NCBI GenBank assembly: GCA_905480435.1 | Contig: CAJQQK010000104.1 | Coordinates: 5,523-69,522 of the forward strand | Origin: an uncultured Hyphomicrobiaceae bacterium | GTDB taxonomy: Bacteria; Pseudomonadota; Alphaproteobacteria; Rhizobiales; Hyphomicrobiaceae | Direction: 5' to 3' | Length of the DNA stretch: 64,000 nucleotides | Part shown: positions 47,365 through 58,700 of the stretch, in pieces | Layout: each line of letters begins with the position of its first letter | Numbering within the stretch: position 1 is the first letter of the stretch | The notes under the pieces: generated by a model | The model's database searches: none | Told to the model about the DNA's origin: nothing | What the model saw: the letters and a program-made list of their open reading frames with translations, nothing else | Translations under genes and position numbers: made by a program

Positions 47365-48576
47365 TCAGTTGGCTGCGAGTGTCCTGCGCAGAAAATCAAG
47401 CAAGCTGATCACGGTATAACTGCGCATCCGCTCGCGGTCCGGATACCAGATTACCGTGTCCGAATAGGTCTTCTCACCGATTGCAACGGCCATGACGATT
47501 GTTGCTGGTGCAAATCCCTCGTGAGGCTCCGGCGTGATGGCGGCAAGGCCAACGTCCGTGCCAAAATCGTTACGCGCTTTAAGTGCCAATGCCATCGCGC
47601 GAGCATCCGGCGCATCACCCGCCACCTGTCCAGGGATCGCAGCGACAGGCCAAACGCTGCCGCCGATAAACGTCTCCATATCCAGATCAGCTGCCGTCAA
47701 TCGCGACGACAAAATTCCACCCGTCAACGTCTCAATCGTGGCCATGGTCAATGAGCGCGCTCGCAGTTGTTGGATGACAGCGACTTCCATGTTCTCTTCA
47801 TCAACGCCGAAAATGGCATCACCGAGCAAGGGGCGAATAACCGCTTCTTCCGCATCCAAGGCAGCTTTCGCCGTTGCCTCGTCATCTCGCTTCACGACAA
47901 TGCGCAGCTTGATACCTTCGATGCCGCTTGCCTGAAATGCTAGCGTTGCTTCGCCGCTCTCATCCAGCGCATCAATCCGGTCGGCCAAAATCTCGGCAAG
48001 CCCCGACTCGCTCAACCCCCAAGTGCGCAAAACACGATAGCGAATGACGCCCGTGTCGCCAGCGCGTTCGCGCAAGTCATCCAGGATGGTGCCCTCCATC
48101 ATGGTCTTCATTTCGCGCGGCACACCTGGCACGGCATAGATGACCTTGTCGCCGATCGGACAAACCAATCCGGGCGCTGTTCCGGGCATCTGCTCAATCG
48201 TCCGCGCGCCAACTGGCACATCGGCCTGGCGCAGATTGTTCTCGGTCATGTGACGTCCGCGCGACTCAAACCGACGCCGGATCTCGGCGCCGATCTCGTC
48301 ATCGCGCTGCATGCCGCCGCCCATGATCTTGGCAATCACGTCGCGTGTTATGTCATCCTGTGTCGGTCCAAGTCCGCCGCAGCAGATCACCGCATCCGAG
48401 CGCTCGAGAGCTGTGCGCAGTGCTGCCTCGATTCGATCGAAATTATCACCAACCTTGACCTGGTAGAACGAGTCGATCCCGGCAAGCGCCATCTGCTCGC
48501 CAATCCATGACGAATTCGTATCGTTGATAATGCCAAGCAACAGCTCGGTACCGATCGCAACCACTTCACAGCGCAC
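47365..48576 (-). CDS. cinA: CinA-family protein (MoCF-binding domain plus nicotinamide-nucleotide amidase domain)
   Basis: VRCEVVAIGTELLLGIINDTNSSWI..., GGLGPTQDDITR. GTG 48576 after GAAGGGA; the ORF track starts at 48699. Confidence 0.8.
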   Translation of the reverse strand: MRCEVVAIGTELLLGIINDTNSSWIGEQMALAGIDSFYQVKVGDNFDRIEAALRTALERSDAVICCGGLGPTQDDITRDVIAKIMGGGMQRDDEIGAEIRRRFESRGRHMTENNLRQADVPVGARTIEQMPGTAPGLVCPIGDKVIYAVPGVPREMKTMMEGTILDDLRERAGDTGVIRYRVLRTWGLSESGLAEILADRIDALDESGEATLAFQASGIEGIKLRIVVKRDDEATAKAALDAEEAVIRPLLGDAIFGVDEENMEVAVIQQLRARSLTMATIETLTGGILSSRLTAADLDMETFIGGSVWPVAAIPGQVAGDAPDARAMALALKARNDFGTDVGLAAITPEPHEGFAPATIVMAVAIGEKTYSDTVIWYPDRERMRSYTVISLLDFLRRTLAAN

Positions 48577-48700
48577 GTAGATATCCCTTCTGAAATAATG
48601 CGGAACTGTCCCCAAATCGTTCCACCATTCATCATAGATCAATCGAGCCGATGCAACTACACTATAGATTGCAGTGCACGACATCTGACGAGGAATCACG

Positions 48701-49747
48701 ATGACATCGCTTCCAGCCTTTGGATTAAACCGTTTTGACTATACATCCCCGCAAGCTTTCGCAGCTGACGTTAAGCGTGCCGAAGATTTTGGTTGGGATT
48801 ATGCCTTCATCCCCTCGTCACCGCTGCTGCTACAAGATCCTTATGTAAATCTTGCCTTTGCAGCCGTCGCAACCAACCGGATCCATCTCGGGCCGCTTAT
48901 CGAGACGCCAATGATGCGTAATCCAGCGGTGATGGCGTCTTCCATCGCGACGGTTGATGCACTGGCACCCGGCCGGGCGCTGCTTGGTTATGGCGTCGGC
49001 GACACTGCGGTGCGCCTGATGGGCAAACGTCCATCACGTGTTGCCGAGTTGGAAGAAGCCACCGTTCTGACGCGTCGGCTACTGGATGGCGAGGACGTCG
49101 ATGTTGGGGCCGCGCGCCCGGCCAAGTTGCGCCATGCCCGCCCGGTCCCGCTTTGGATTGCAGCCGGTGGCCCACGCACATTGCGCATGTCAGGCCGTGT
49201 CGCTGATGGCGTTTTCATTCGTGTCGGGCGCCACGAAGCCAATTTGAAGACGGCGATTGATGCCGTCCGCGCTGGTGCCACTGAGGCTGGGCGCAATCCC
49301 GACGACGTCAAGATCGCGATCATCCTGCACACCATCCTGACCGACGACATGGAGCGGGCCGCCCTGATGAGCCGCGCGATGGCAGCCGGCTTCTACGAAT
49401 ACACGCCAGCCCTGTTTGATCCGCCCGGCTTCACTTGGGATGGCCCGGACGTGCACGAACTCAAGAAACAAGTATGGCCGGACTTCCATCATGCAGCCGA
49501 CCTCGAAGCCGCAGGCCGCATCGTCTCGTTCCTATCCGATGAGATCACGGAGTCGTTCGCGCTTTACGGACCGCCAGCCATGATTGCAAAGCAACTGAGT
49601 GCCGTCCTCAAACTCGACTACAAAATTGACATGGTAATCCCACATCCGGTCCCGGCCCCCGTGCCACGCGGCGCTGATCCAAGCTACATCGAACGCTTCG
49701 CCACTGAGGTCATCCCAGCCGTCAAGGCAGCCTTATCGGCTGGCTAA
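48701..49747 (+). CDS. LLM-class flavin/F420-type oxidoreductase
   Basis: 348 aa with a luciferase-like TIM-barrel pattern (AEDFGWDYAFIPSSP..., LGYGVGDTAVR). Confidence 0.8.
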   Translation: MTSLPAFGLNRFDYTSPQAFAADVKRAEDFGWDYAFIPSSPLLLQDPYVNLAFAAVATNRIHLGPLIETPMMRNPAVMASSIATVDALAPGRALLGYGVGDTAVRLMGKRPSRVAELEEATVLTRRLLDGEDVDVGAARPAKLRHARPVPLWIAAGGPRTLRMSGRVADGVFIRVGRHEANLKTAIDAVRAGATEAGRNPDDVKIAIILHTILTDDMERAALMSRAMAAGFYEYTPALFDPPGFTWDGPDVHELKKQVWPDFHHAADLEAAGRIVSFLSDEITESFALYGPPAMIAKQLSAVLKLDYKIDMVIPHPVPAPVPRGADPSYIERFATEVIPAVKAALSAG

Positions 49748-49750
49748 CTC

Positions 49751-50644
49751 TCAAGCCGCTTCGACGGCTGCGTCGCCAGCGATCGTCGTGCGGTGCATCA
49801 CGCGTCGCTCGGTTGGATCATGCGGTGTGACGTAGTGCATCGTGCAGCGGTTGTCCCACATCAAAATATCGTCCGGCGACCAGGTATGCTCGTAGACAAA
49901 CCGCTCCTGGCCGGCGAATTCAGTTAACTCCGCGATCAACGTGCCTGCCTCGTCATCACTGACACCCTCGATGGCGTCATTGTAAATTGGACTGATGTAA
50001 AGCGACTTGCGCCCGGTCACGGGATGCCGCCGCACCAGTGGTTGCCACACAGCCGGCATCGCGGCCCGCTCTGCATCCGTCGGTTTTGGCGCGCCTGTCA
50101 GCCGGCTCAGCATCTCGAAATCATGCCGCGCCTTGCGCCCCTCCACCTTCGCCTTCAGCGTGTCAGGCAACGCATCGTAGACTTCGTACATATTGGTAAA
50201 GCATGTCACGCCGCCTGTTCGGCTGATTTCAACGCCATGCAACAGTGACCCGATTGCTGGCTTCTCGCGATAACTCGAATCCGTATGCCATTTGCGTGCA
50301 CTGGATAGCTGCTGCTGAACCGGATTGGACGGCGGCATGATGTTGCCGTCCTCATCCGTATTGGCAACGCGAAAAATTTCACGCACGTATTTCGATTTGA
50401 TCCGGTCCTGATGAAAGACCTCAGGCTCGCCGAAATAGCGCGTCACCTCGACATGCTGCTCATCGCTGATCGGTTGATCCGGGAACACAAGAACCAGATG
50501 GTCGGCCCAGGCCTGTTTTACAGCATCAACGGTTTCGGCGCTGAGCGGTTTCGAAAAATCCACACCACGCACTTCGCCGCCAATCGCTGGATGCAACCGG
50601 CGCACCGTCAGGTCGCCATAGTTTGACTTTGCCAATTCACCCAT
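49751..50644 (-). CDS. TauD/TfdA-family Fe(II)/2-oxoglutarate dioxygenase (second paralog)
   Basis: LHPAIGGEVRGVDF, HxD motif WHTDSSYREKP, C-terminal WDNRCTMH. ATG 50644 after GGAGAG. Confidence 0.9.
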   Translation of the reverse strand: MGELAKSNYGDLTVRRLHPAIGGEVRGVDFSKPLSAETVDAVKQAWADHLVLVFPDQPISDEQHVEVTRYFGEPEVFHQDRIKSKYVREIFRVANTDEDGNIMPPSNPVQQQLSSARKWHTDSSYREKPAIGSLLHGVEISRTGGVTCFTNMYEVYDALPDTLKAKVEGRKARHDFEMLSRLTGAPKPTDAERAAMPAVWQPLVRRHPVTGRKSLYISPIYNDAIEGVSDDEAGTLIAELTEFAGQERFVYEHTWSPDDILMWDNRCTMHYVTPHDPTERRVMHRTTIAGDAAVEAA

Positions 50645-50693
50645 CGTCTGCTCGCTCTCCGAAATTCCCCTCAGCAAAACAACGCGTCGTTTA

Positions 50694-51644
50694 TCAATCC
50701 TCGACGAATTCAAAGCCCATCGCGCGGGCATGATAGAACAAGCCACCGTCCTGCACGATCAGGAACATTGCCCGCTCATCGCCTTCATTGTGATGCGAGT
50801 GCACTGACACCGGTGGCGTGATCGTCGTGGCCCATGGCGCCCAATCTTTCTGAACGCCATCGATTTTTGAAAAGCATTTGTCGCCCTGGATGACGAGCGA
50901 TACCGCAACCGAGTTATGCCTGTGTGGCCGCTGCACCGCGCCTGCGAGCAGCGTGTTCATCGCCAGCGTTAGCGTTGGCAGCACATTGCGCCCGTCCTGT
51001 TGTTTGTCGGACGAGAACACCAACGCCAATCCCGGCTCTTTCGGATCACGCGGGAAGCTATAGATGTGGTCGATCTGGTTATCGATTTCGGCCTGCGTGT
51101 AGTGTACCAAGTTCGTCGGTGCATTGCCTTCAGTTGGCGCTTCGAGGTTTTCGAAATTCAGTTGCGGCTCGTTCCCGCAAACCCACAGCACAGCCGCTGC
51201 ATCGGCAGCTGCGTGCGTCATCTCAATGCCACCTGGCGCGACGAACACGTCGCCCGGCTTCCACGCGATCGTCTCGGCTCCCATCTGCGTGGTGCCAGTT
51301 CCCTCGATGACGTAATGCACGACGCCACTCGCCTTCGGTGTCTCGCTCAGCTGCTCGCCCGCATTGATGCGCGCATAGCGTGCCAGCAGAAATGGCGAAG
51401 TCGCAGCAAACGCACATTGCATCTGAGCTGACGCATCGCAGTTGATGAACCCTGTTGGCGTTGCCGGGTCGAGCGCACGCTTTGGCTCATCAGCAAACAC
51501 GGCGTTCGGCACATCCGGCAGTTTGATATTGAACGCATTGCCAGAATTGAAAAACCGCGCGCGTTCTTCCGCCTTAGTCGCCGGACTGCTCGCATGTTGC
51601 GCTGGCAGATCGGACATCGTTTTCGGGCGTTCCATCGTGGCCAT
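50694..51644 (-). CDS. Bicupin protein (two cupin barrels)
   Basis: Two cupin-like segments (GVVHYVIEGTGTT...GDVFVAPGG and HRHNSVAVSLVIQGD...HSHHNEGD). Confidence 0.65.
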   Translation of the reverse strand: MATMERPKTMSDLPAQHASSPATKAEERARFFNSGNAFNIKLPDVPNAVFADEPKRALDPATPTGFINCDASAQMQCAFAATSPFLLARYARINAGEQLSETPKASGVVHYVIEGTGTTQMGAETIAWKPGDVFVAPGGIEMTHAAADAAAVLWVCGNEPQLNFENLEAPTEGNAPTNLVHYTQAEIDNQIDHIYSFPRDPKEPGLALVFSSDKQQDGRNVLPTLTLAMNTLLAGAVQRPHRHNSVAVSLVIQGDKCFSKIDGVQKDWAPWATTITPPVSVHSHHNEGDERAMFLIVQDGGLFYHARAMGFEFVED

Positions 51645-51675
51645 AAGAGATCTCCTGTTTAGGATTCAATCAATT

Positions 51676-52752
51676 CTAAAGTGTGTAGAAGCGTTTTGCG
51701 GTTTCCTTGAACAGCTGCGCTTTCTCATCTGCAGAGCTACCTGCTGCCAGCTTCTTGAAGGCATTCCAGTAATTGCCATAGCTGCCACTGATCTTGTCGA
51801 CTGGAAAATTACTTTCGAACATGCAGCGCTTGGCGCCGTACGCTTCAATGCACGTCTCAACAAAAGGCCGCCAGGCAGCCACGAGTTCGTCTGACGATGG
51901 GGCCTGCTCGCGATCCTCGAAACCGAAACCGTTGAGCTTCATGCCCATGCCACCAACTTTCATGGTGACATTCTCACACGTCGCAAGCTCAACAATCGAC
52001 TTGCGCCACGCACTGAATACTTCGTCCTTTCGGTCAGAATAATACTCCAGCCCCATGGGCCCGCCGACGTGGTTCAGCACGATCGGCTGATTGGGAAAGG
52101 CGCGCGCTAGATCAATCAGATCATCAAGCTGGGTGTGATAGAGCCACGCATCAAACGTCAGCCCCAGTTGCCCGAGCTTGGCAAAGCCTTCACGGAATTT
52201 CTTGTCATCGCGATAGAGATGTTCAGGCGGGTTGGTGTGGCTGTTGTGGATGCCGCGCGTCTTGTCTTCCCAGCCAGCCGCATGCCGGATCCCTTTGAAG
52301 CGCCCGCAACCGGCAGCAATCTGTGCCGTCAGCACTTCTTCCACTGCGGCACCTGTTGCCAAGTCTGCCCGCCCGACAATGCCCGCTGCAACCTTGGTCG
52401 GGCCATAATGTCCGCTGGCCGACATCGCCGCGATACCATTTGCGAATTCAACTTCACCGACATAGCGCATATCTTTGCCGACACCCGGCCGATAGAACAC
52501 GGCACACTCAAGGAAGACGGTTTGTTCGATGTTGTGGCCACTGCCCGCGTCAGCCAGAATATCTTCCAACAAGTAGCGATGGGATGGGAAATCCCACAGA
52601 TGGTGATGCGGATCGATAATCGGCAGATCCGGCTCCAGCGCCGACTCGGCGCTGGCCGCCAATCGCGCATCATCCAATGTCGCCATGCGCGACTCGATGG
52701 TGGCTTTATCTTTCTCGATCATGGCAGCAATCCTGTCCTGTTGACCGGGCAA
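51676..52752 (-). CDS. Amidohydrolase_2-family metal-dependent hydrolase/decarboxylase
   Basis: IIDPHHHLWDF motif and TIM-barrel-like length. Start uncertain because there are several in-frame Met codons. Confidence 0.75.
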   Translation of the reverse strand: MPGQQDRIAAMIEKDKATIESRMATLDDARLAASAESALEPDLPIIDPHHHLWDFPSHRYLLEDILADAGSGHNIEQTVFLECAVFYRPGVGKDMRYVGEVEFANGIAAMSASGHYGPTKVAAGIVGRADLATGAAVEEVLTAQIAAGCGRFKGIRHAAGWEDKTRGIHNSHTNPPEHLYRDDKKFREGFAKLGQLGLTFDAWLYHTQLDDLIDLARAFPNQPIVLNHVGGPMGLEYYSDRKDEVFSAWRKSIVELATCENVTMKVGGMGMKLNGFGFEDREQAPSSDELVAAWRPFVETCIEAYGAKRCMFESNFPVDKISGSYGNYWNAFKKLAAGSSADEKAQLFKETAKRFYTL

Positions 52753-52827
52753 AGCCTATCTCGACCGGCACACGCTGAAAAGCAATTGTCTCATCAGCCA
52801 GCGGATCAAGGCGCCCGGCGCCCATCC

Positions 52828-53718
52828 CTAACGTGTCTTCGGCATCTCGAACCCGGCGGCGCGCTCGGTGTGTTTCACGAACGTCGTGATATCCGGCTTG
52901 TTGCCATCCGTGAACACCGCGTGTTTATAGGCTAGTCGTGCCGCCTGACACACCCACATCGGCACCCCAAGGCGCTCGCCCTGCTCGATCGCTAAATCGA
53001 TATCCTTCATCAGGATGTGCATCTCGGCGCCGTAGTCAAAATTCCGCGTCAACACTGAGCGCGGGAACTTATCCATGGTCGCACTATTGCGGCCAGAACC
53101 AACATTGATCGCAGCTGTCATCACCTCGGGATCAACACCACCTTTGGCGCCCATGACATAGGCTTCACTGGTCGCCGCAAACGCGACGGCGGAAAGAATA
53201 TTGTTAGTCAACTTCAAGACTTGCGCCAGTCCAGGTTTCTCGCCGGCATTCGTAACTGGCCCCCAAAGCGAAATGACCGGCATGATCGACTGAACAGCCG
53301 CTGGATCACCCGACACCATAACAGACAGCGTGCCGGCACGCGCACCCGGCGGCCCGCCACTGATCGGACAATCAACCAGCGTGATGCCTTCAGTGGCTGC
53401 TTCAGCTGCGATCTCTTCAACCAGCGGAACACCAACCGTACATGTATTCACCAGCGTTTTGATTGCGCTGCCATGGATGACGCCGTCATCGCCAATGCAT
53501 ACCTCGCGCAGGGCTGCCAACGTTGGCACGGAAACAAACACCGTTTCGACCGTGTCCGCGATCTCACGAGCCGACTTGGCCTCGCGCGCTTGACGGGCGA
53601 TCAGCGGCGCCATGGCCTCGGCGCGCGTATCAAACACAATCAATTGATGGCCCGCATCGACGAACTGTTCCGCCATCGGCAGGCCCATATTGCCCGTTCC
53701 AATGAAACCAACTGTCAT
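52828..53718 (-). CDS. NAD(P)-dependent beta-hydroxyacid dehydrogenase (3-hydroxyisobutyrate dehydrogenase family)
   Basis: MTVGFIGTGNMGLPMA Rossmann start; 296 aa. Confidence 0.85.
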   Translation of the reverse strand: MTVGFIGTGNMGLPMAEQFVDAGHQLIVFDTRAEAMAPLIARQAREAKSAREIADTVETVFVSVPTLAALREVCIGDDGVIHGSAIKTLVNTCTVGVPLVEEIAAEAATEGITLVDCPISGGPPGARAGTLSVMVSGDPAAVQSIMPVISLWGPVTNAGEKPGLAQVLKLTNNILSAVAFAATSEAYVMGAKGGVDPEVMTAAINVGSGRNSATMDKFPRSVLTRNFDYGAEMHILMKDIDLAIEQGERLGVPMWVCQAARLAYKHAVFTDGNKPDITTFVKHTERAAGFEMPKTR

Positions 53719-53876
53719 GTCACGTTCTCCGTACCTTTAGCGTCAACAGTTTGGGCCAGACTACCCAAGCCCAACACTACCCAAGACAGCGGGGCTGTGT
53801 CATAAAACATTCGCAAGGGGTTGATATCTGTGCCGCAGGGGCGCGAGCCCCGTGAGATTTTAGGAGCGCCTGCGTT

Positions 53877-54950
53877 ATGGATCGTCGGACCTTCCTTAAG
53901 ACGACCACCGCCGCCGCCGCTGTTACGACAGCAACTGGCGTGGCCCATGCAGGGGTCAATGCTGGGACAGACATCGCTGCTCCTGCAATCGTCACCAGCC
54001 GGCAAGAACTGCGCATCGGCGTGCCGTCCGAACCGCGTCTAAAGGATGCTGCACAGCTTTTTGCACGCGAGATCGAGGCCGCCTCAGGTGGGCGCATCGT
54101 GATGCATCTGACTGATGCCTCGGGGCCAGCGCTGACGGCACTTGAGGGTCGCACAATAGATGGCGCATTCGGCCACCTTCCAGAACTGTGCGCCGCGCCT
54201 GAACTTTCGTTGTTTACCGGGCTGCCGGGCGACTTGGCGTTTTCGCCAGAAAACCTGATGACTTGGCTCAATGCCGGTGCCGGCAGCATGTTCCTGGAAG
54301 AGGCCGCCGCAACGTTTGACTTGGCAGCCCTGACCGCTGGCCATAGTGGCGCCGGAACCGGTCTTTGGGCCAACCGGCCCCTCAACGGACTTGACGATAT
54401 CGCCAACGCGCAAATCGATACACTCGGTCTCGGACGCGGGCTGCTCAACTCAATCCAATCAGCATCTCCAAGCTCATCATCGATCACCCCGCACGTGCGC
54501 CTCGTCGAAGCCGCAGCTCAGCCGATGCAGGCTTATGCCGAGTTACCGGACGCTGTCCGCCAGAACTGGTATCGCGACGGACTTCACCGCCAAGGTTTCG
54601 CGACATCGTTGGTGCTATCGCTTGCTGCGTGGCACAATCTAAGTGCCGGCGATCAGCTGTTGCTGCAAACATTCGCGCTTGCTGCCACGCATCATGATCT
54701 TGCCGCCGCCTCTACAAATAGCCGACTTGTCACGCCTGCTGTGATGGAGAGCTTACCGGTCGACGTCAGAACATTGCCTCCGATTATCGAGACCACAATC
54801 CAGCAGGCATCTACTCAACTTGTGCGTGATGCCATGGCTGCAAACGAGACAATGGACCGGGCATTTCAGGCCTACAGCTCATTTTTCGAAGCAATGACCG
54901 GCAAACCGCTTGATGGCCCGGAAAAATTCGCATCTCGGGCCCTCTCCTAA
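53877..54950 (+). CDS. Tat-signal periplasmic protein, distantly TRAP solute-receptor-like
   Basis: MDRRTFLKTTTAAAAVTTATGVAHA twin-arginine signal. The body only loosely resembles DctP/COG4663-type receptors. No permease genes adjacent. Confidence 0.4.
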   Translation: MDRRTFLKTTTAAAAVTTATGVAHAGVNAGTDIAAPAIVTSRQELRIGVPSEPRLKDAAQLFAREIEAASGGRIVMHLTDASGPALTALEGRTIDGAFGHLPELCAAPELSLFTGLPGDLAFSPENLMTWLNAGAGSMFLEEAAATFDLAALTAGHSGAGTGLWANRPLNGLDDIANAQIDTLGLGRGLLNSIQSASPSSSSITPHVRLVEAAAQPMQAYAELPDAVRQNWYRDGLHRQGFATSLVLSLAAWHNLSAGDQLLLQTFALAATHHDLAAASTNSRLVTPAVMESLPVDVRTLPPIIETTIQQASTQLVRDAMAANETMDRAFQAYSSFFEAMTGKPLDGPEKFASRALS

Positions 54951-55138
54951 GCGATTTACAGCGCCATCTGACGAATTACTTCAAAACCTTAGCTCGTTGC
55001 GCTAAAATCCATTGACTGAAGCGATTCTCATGGACTTGAGCATTGTGTCCGCAAATTTGTCGGTCACAGGGATTTCATAGCCGGCAATCATTGAAACGAG
55101 CCGGCCAAACATAATCGAAGGCTACCGGAGATCAGGAA

Positions 55139-55456
55139 ATGTCCGAACACTTAGACGCCGTGAAGAAATACGTTCCCAAATGCAACGAAGATGCAGTCGC
55201 AGGCATCATTAAGCATCTTGGCATTGCACTGCGCAGCAAAGACGCCTCGCTGGTTTCATGTTCATCAAAGGATGAGCTGGCTCGCGTCCGTGACAGTTGG
55301 TGCAAGAAAAAGCTGGCGCTGACGGATTCAGATGCTGATCTGGACAAGATGATTAAGGAAATCTGCGAGACAATGAAGGCCGACAAACGCAAAAACCGCG
55401 TGGCCTTCTACTATCTCCTTGCTGAAAAATGCAAAAAGGTCGGTGATCTGGCCTAA
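55139..55456 (+). CDS. Small conserved protein (DUF2853-like, from memory)
   Basis: 105 aa, MSEHLDAVKKYVPKCNEDAVAGIIKHLGIALRSKDASLVSCS. Followed by a strong terminator. Confidence 0.6.
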   Translation: MSEHLDAVKKYVPKCNEDAVAGIIKHLGIALRSKDASLVSCSSKDELARVRDSWCKKKLALTDSDADLDKMIKEICETMKADKRKNRVAFYYLLAEKCKKVGDLA

Positions 55457-55480
55457 CTGATCTGGCATTGATCGAGAAGA

Positions 55481-55512
55481 AAGCCCCATGCATCACGCGT
55501 GGGGCTTTTTTT
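55481..55512 (+). terminator. Rho-independent terminator
   Basis: AAGCCCCA (55481-55488) pairs with TGGGGCTT (55500-55507), which runs directly into a T-run of seven (55506-55512). Confidence 0.85.
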
Positions 55513-55721
55513 ATTGCAGCGTTTCTCTCAACCAGTCTGTGCGGAACTCAGTATTCTTGCGACCACATTTGCAATACTTGGCGCAAAAGCTTCCGGTTAT
55601 GCGGCAGATGTCGTACCTTGGGCCGAACAGTACAGTCAGATTGACCGGCGCGGCCCCGCGATTGTGGGCGTCAGCTCCAGCGCGCAATCATGGCTCCAAC
55701 TCGAGAATTCGGTGAAAAGTC

Positions 55722-58700
55722 ATGGTCAAGCACGTCGTCAGTCTTGAAGACAAATTCAATCTCTCCGAGACCCATCAAATCCTGACGGGCACACAAGCCA
55801 TCGTGCGCCTGCTGCTGATGCAAAAACAGCGTGACCGGGCAGCCGGATTGAATACCGCAGGCTATGCCACCGGCTATCGCGGCTCACCGATTGCCACGTT
55901 GGAAGCTGCTTTGCACGGCGTTGAGAAAACGCTGACTAAAAACAACATAAAATTTCAACCCGGACTGAATGAAGATCTCTCAGCCACCGCTGTTTGGGGC
56001 ACGCAGCAGACGGAGCTCTACGGCGAAGGCAAGTTCGATGGCGTCTTCGGTCTTTGGTATGGCAAGGGGCCTGGTGTTGACCGCTCCGGCGATGTTTTTC
56101 GCCATGCCAATCATGCCGGCACATCGCCGAACGGTGGCGTGCTCGCGCTGATGGGTGACGACCACACCTGCGAAAGCTCGACGACCGCGCACCAGTCAGA
56201 GTTTGCGTTCGTTGATGCCATGATGCCGATCTTTAACCCGGCCGGCGTCCAGGAGATTCTCGACTTTGGCATTATGGCCTATGCGCTATCGCGCTACGCC
56301 AGCGTCTGGGTCGGCCTCAAGTGCGTTAAGGACAATATTGAATCGACCGCGACCGTTGATGGCAATCCAGACCGTGTATCCATCACGCTACCGAGCGACG
56401 ATGAGTTCACGATGCCCGAAGGCGGCCTCAGCATTCGTGGGGAGGAGCATGCGAGCATCCGTGAAGCCCGGCTATTTGACTACAAGATGGATGCCGTCCG
56501 CGCTTTCGTGCGCAACAATGATGTCAACCGGATCGTCACATCAGGCGGACCTACGGCTAAAATTGGCATCGTCTCAACAGGCAAGAGCTACCTCGATGTC
56601 CGCGAGGCGCTCGACACGCTCGGCCTCGATGAGGTTGGGTGCAATGAGCAAGGCATTCGCATTCTGAAGATCGGCATGCCTTGGCCGCTCGATCCGCAGA
56701 TCGTCAAGCGGTTCGCCAAAGACCTCGACATGATCATTGTCGTTGAGGAAAAGCGCGCCTTGATCGAGGCCCAGATCAAAGAGCTGTTGTTCAACACAGA
56801 TCTGCGCCCCGTCGTGATCGGTAAGAAGAACGAGCACGGCAATACGCTGTTCCAGGAGAAAGGCGCACTCGAAGCCACGCAGATCGGCATCGAGATTGGC
56901 GAACGGCTCCTCAGCTGCGATCGCGGCAACGAAACCGTCTCCGATGCCGTCACGGAACTCAAACGGCTAACCGGCAACACCCCCGTCACACCGGAAGCTT
57001 TCACGCGCGTTCCGTATTTCTGCGCTGGTTGCCCTCATTCCTCCTCCACCAAGGTACCTGAAGGCTCGCGCGCTTACGCCGGCATTGGCTGTCATTACAT
57101 GGCCAAATGGATGGACCGCGAGACGTTTGGCTTCACGCACATGGGCGCCGAGGGTGCCAACTGGATTGGCGAAGCGTCCTTCACGACCCGCGATCATGTC
57201 TTCCAGAACCTTGGCGATGGCACTTACATCCACTCCGGCTCCCTCGCGATCCGGGCCGCCGTCGCAGCCGGTGTCAACATCACCTACAAGCTGCTCTACA
57301 ATGATGCCGTCGCCATGACCGGCGGCCAGGCGCTCGATGGCGGGCTGACCGTTGGCATGATGGCGCAGCAGGTGATGGGCGAAGGCGTCAAACGCGTCGA
57401 CATCGTCACCGACGAGCCCGACAAATACGGCACGGATAGCGGCATCCCCGCCAAAATCCAGATCTACCACCGCCGCGACCTGATGGAGGTCCAAAAAGGA
57501 CTGGCTGCAACGCCCGGCGTCACGGTCATGATCTACGATCAAACATGTGCCTCCGAAAAACGGCGTCGTCGCAAGCGCGGCTTGTTCCCTGATCCGGATC
57601 GTCGCGCATTCATCAACACCGCCGTCTGCGAAGGCTGCGGCGACTGTGGCGTCAAATCAAACTGCGTCGCCGTCACGCCAGAAGAGACAGCGCTTGGCCG
57701 CAAGCGCAAGATCGATCAATCGGCTTGCAACAAAGATTTTTCCTGTGTCGAGGGTTTCTGCCCGAGTTTCGTAACCGTGCACGGCGCCAAGCCAAAGAAG
57801 ATGGCGTCGCCGCAACCACAAGGCGACAAGCACGCCGGCGTCGCCGAAATGCTGACCAGCCTGCCAGAGCCGAAACAACCGGCCCTCGACAAAGCCTACG
57901 CGATGCTCGTCACCGGCGTCGGTGGCACCGGTGTCGTGACGATTTCGGCTGTGCTCGGTCAAGCGGCCTACATCGAGGGCATCGGCTTTGGCGCCATCGA
58001 CATGACCGGGCTTGCCCAAAAAGGCGGTGCCGTATCGTGCCACCTGAAATTCGCAAAGACATCTGACGACATCAACGCGATCCGGATCGGCGTTGGCGGT
58101 GCCAATCTCGTGCTTGGCGGCGATCTTGTCGTTACTGCATCGAACAGCGTCCTCAAGTCCGTCCAACCGGATGAGACCGCGATCATTGTCAATACGCACG
58201 AAATGATCACCGGCGAATTCACCAAGAACCCAGACCTGCAAGTGCCGGGCAGCGCTCTGATCGAAGCTATCAATGATCGCGCCCGCAAGGCCGACGTCCA
58301 TACCTTCGATGCCCACGCTTATGCTGTCCGGCTGTTTGGCGACTCGATCATGTCGAACATGTTCCTGCTTGGTTTTGCTTTCCAGAAGGGCCTCATCCCG
58401 GTCAGCGCTGAAGCAATCGAAGAGGCCGTCAAACTGAACGGCGCCGCGATTGAGATGAACCAGCGTGCCTTCCGCTTCGGCCGACTTGCAGCCCACGACC
58501 GCGACGCACTTGACCGTATCGCCAAGCCAGCACCAAAGCTGGTTGACCAGAATGCCACCGAGACACTCGAAGACATCATTGAGCGTCGCGCTGCACTGCT
58601 GGTCGACTACCAAGATGCCAAATTGGCCGAGCGTTACCGACAGAAGGTCGCCTGGGCCCAGGCGCTTGAGAAAGAGCATACGCCGAGCCGCAAAGGCTTT

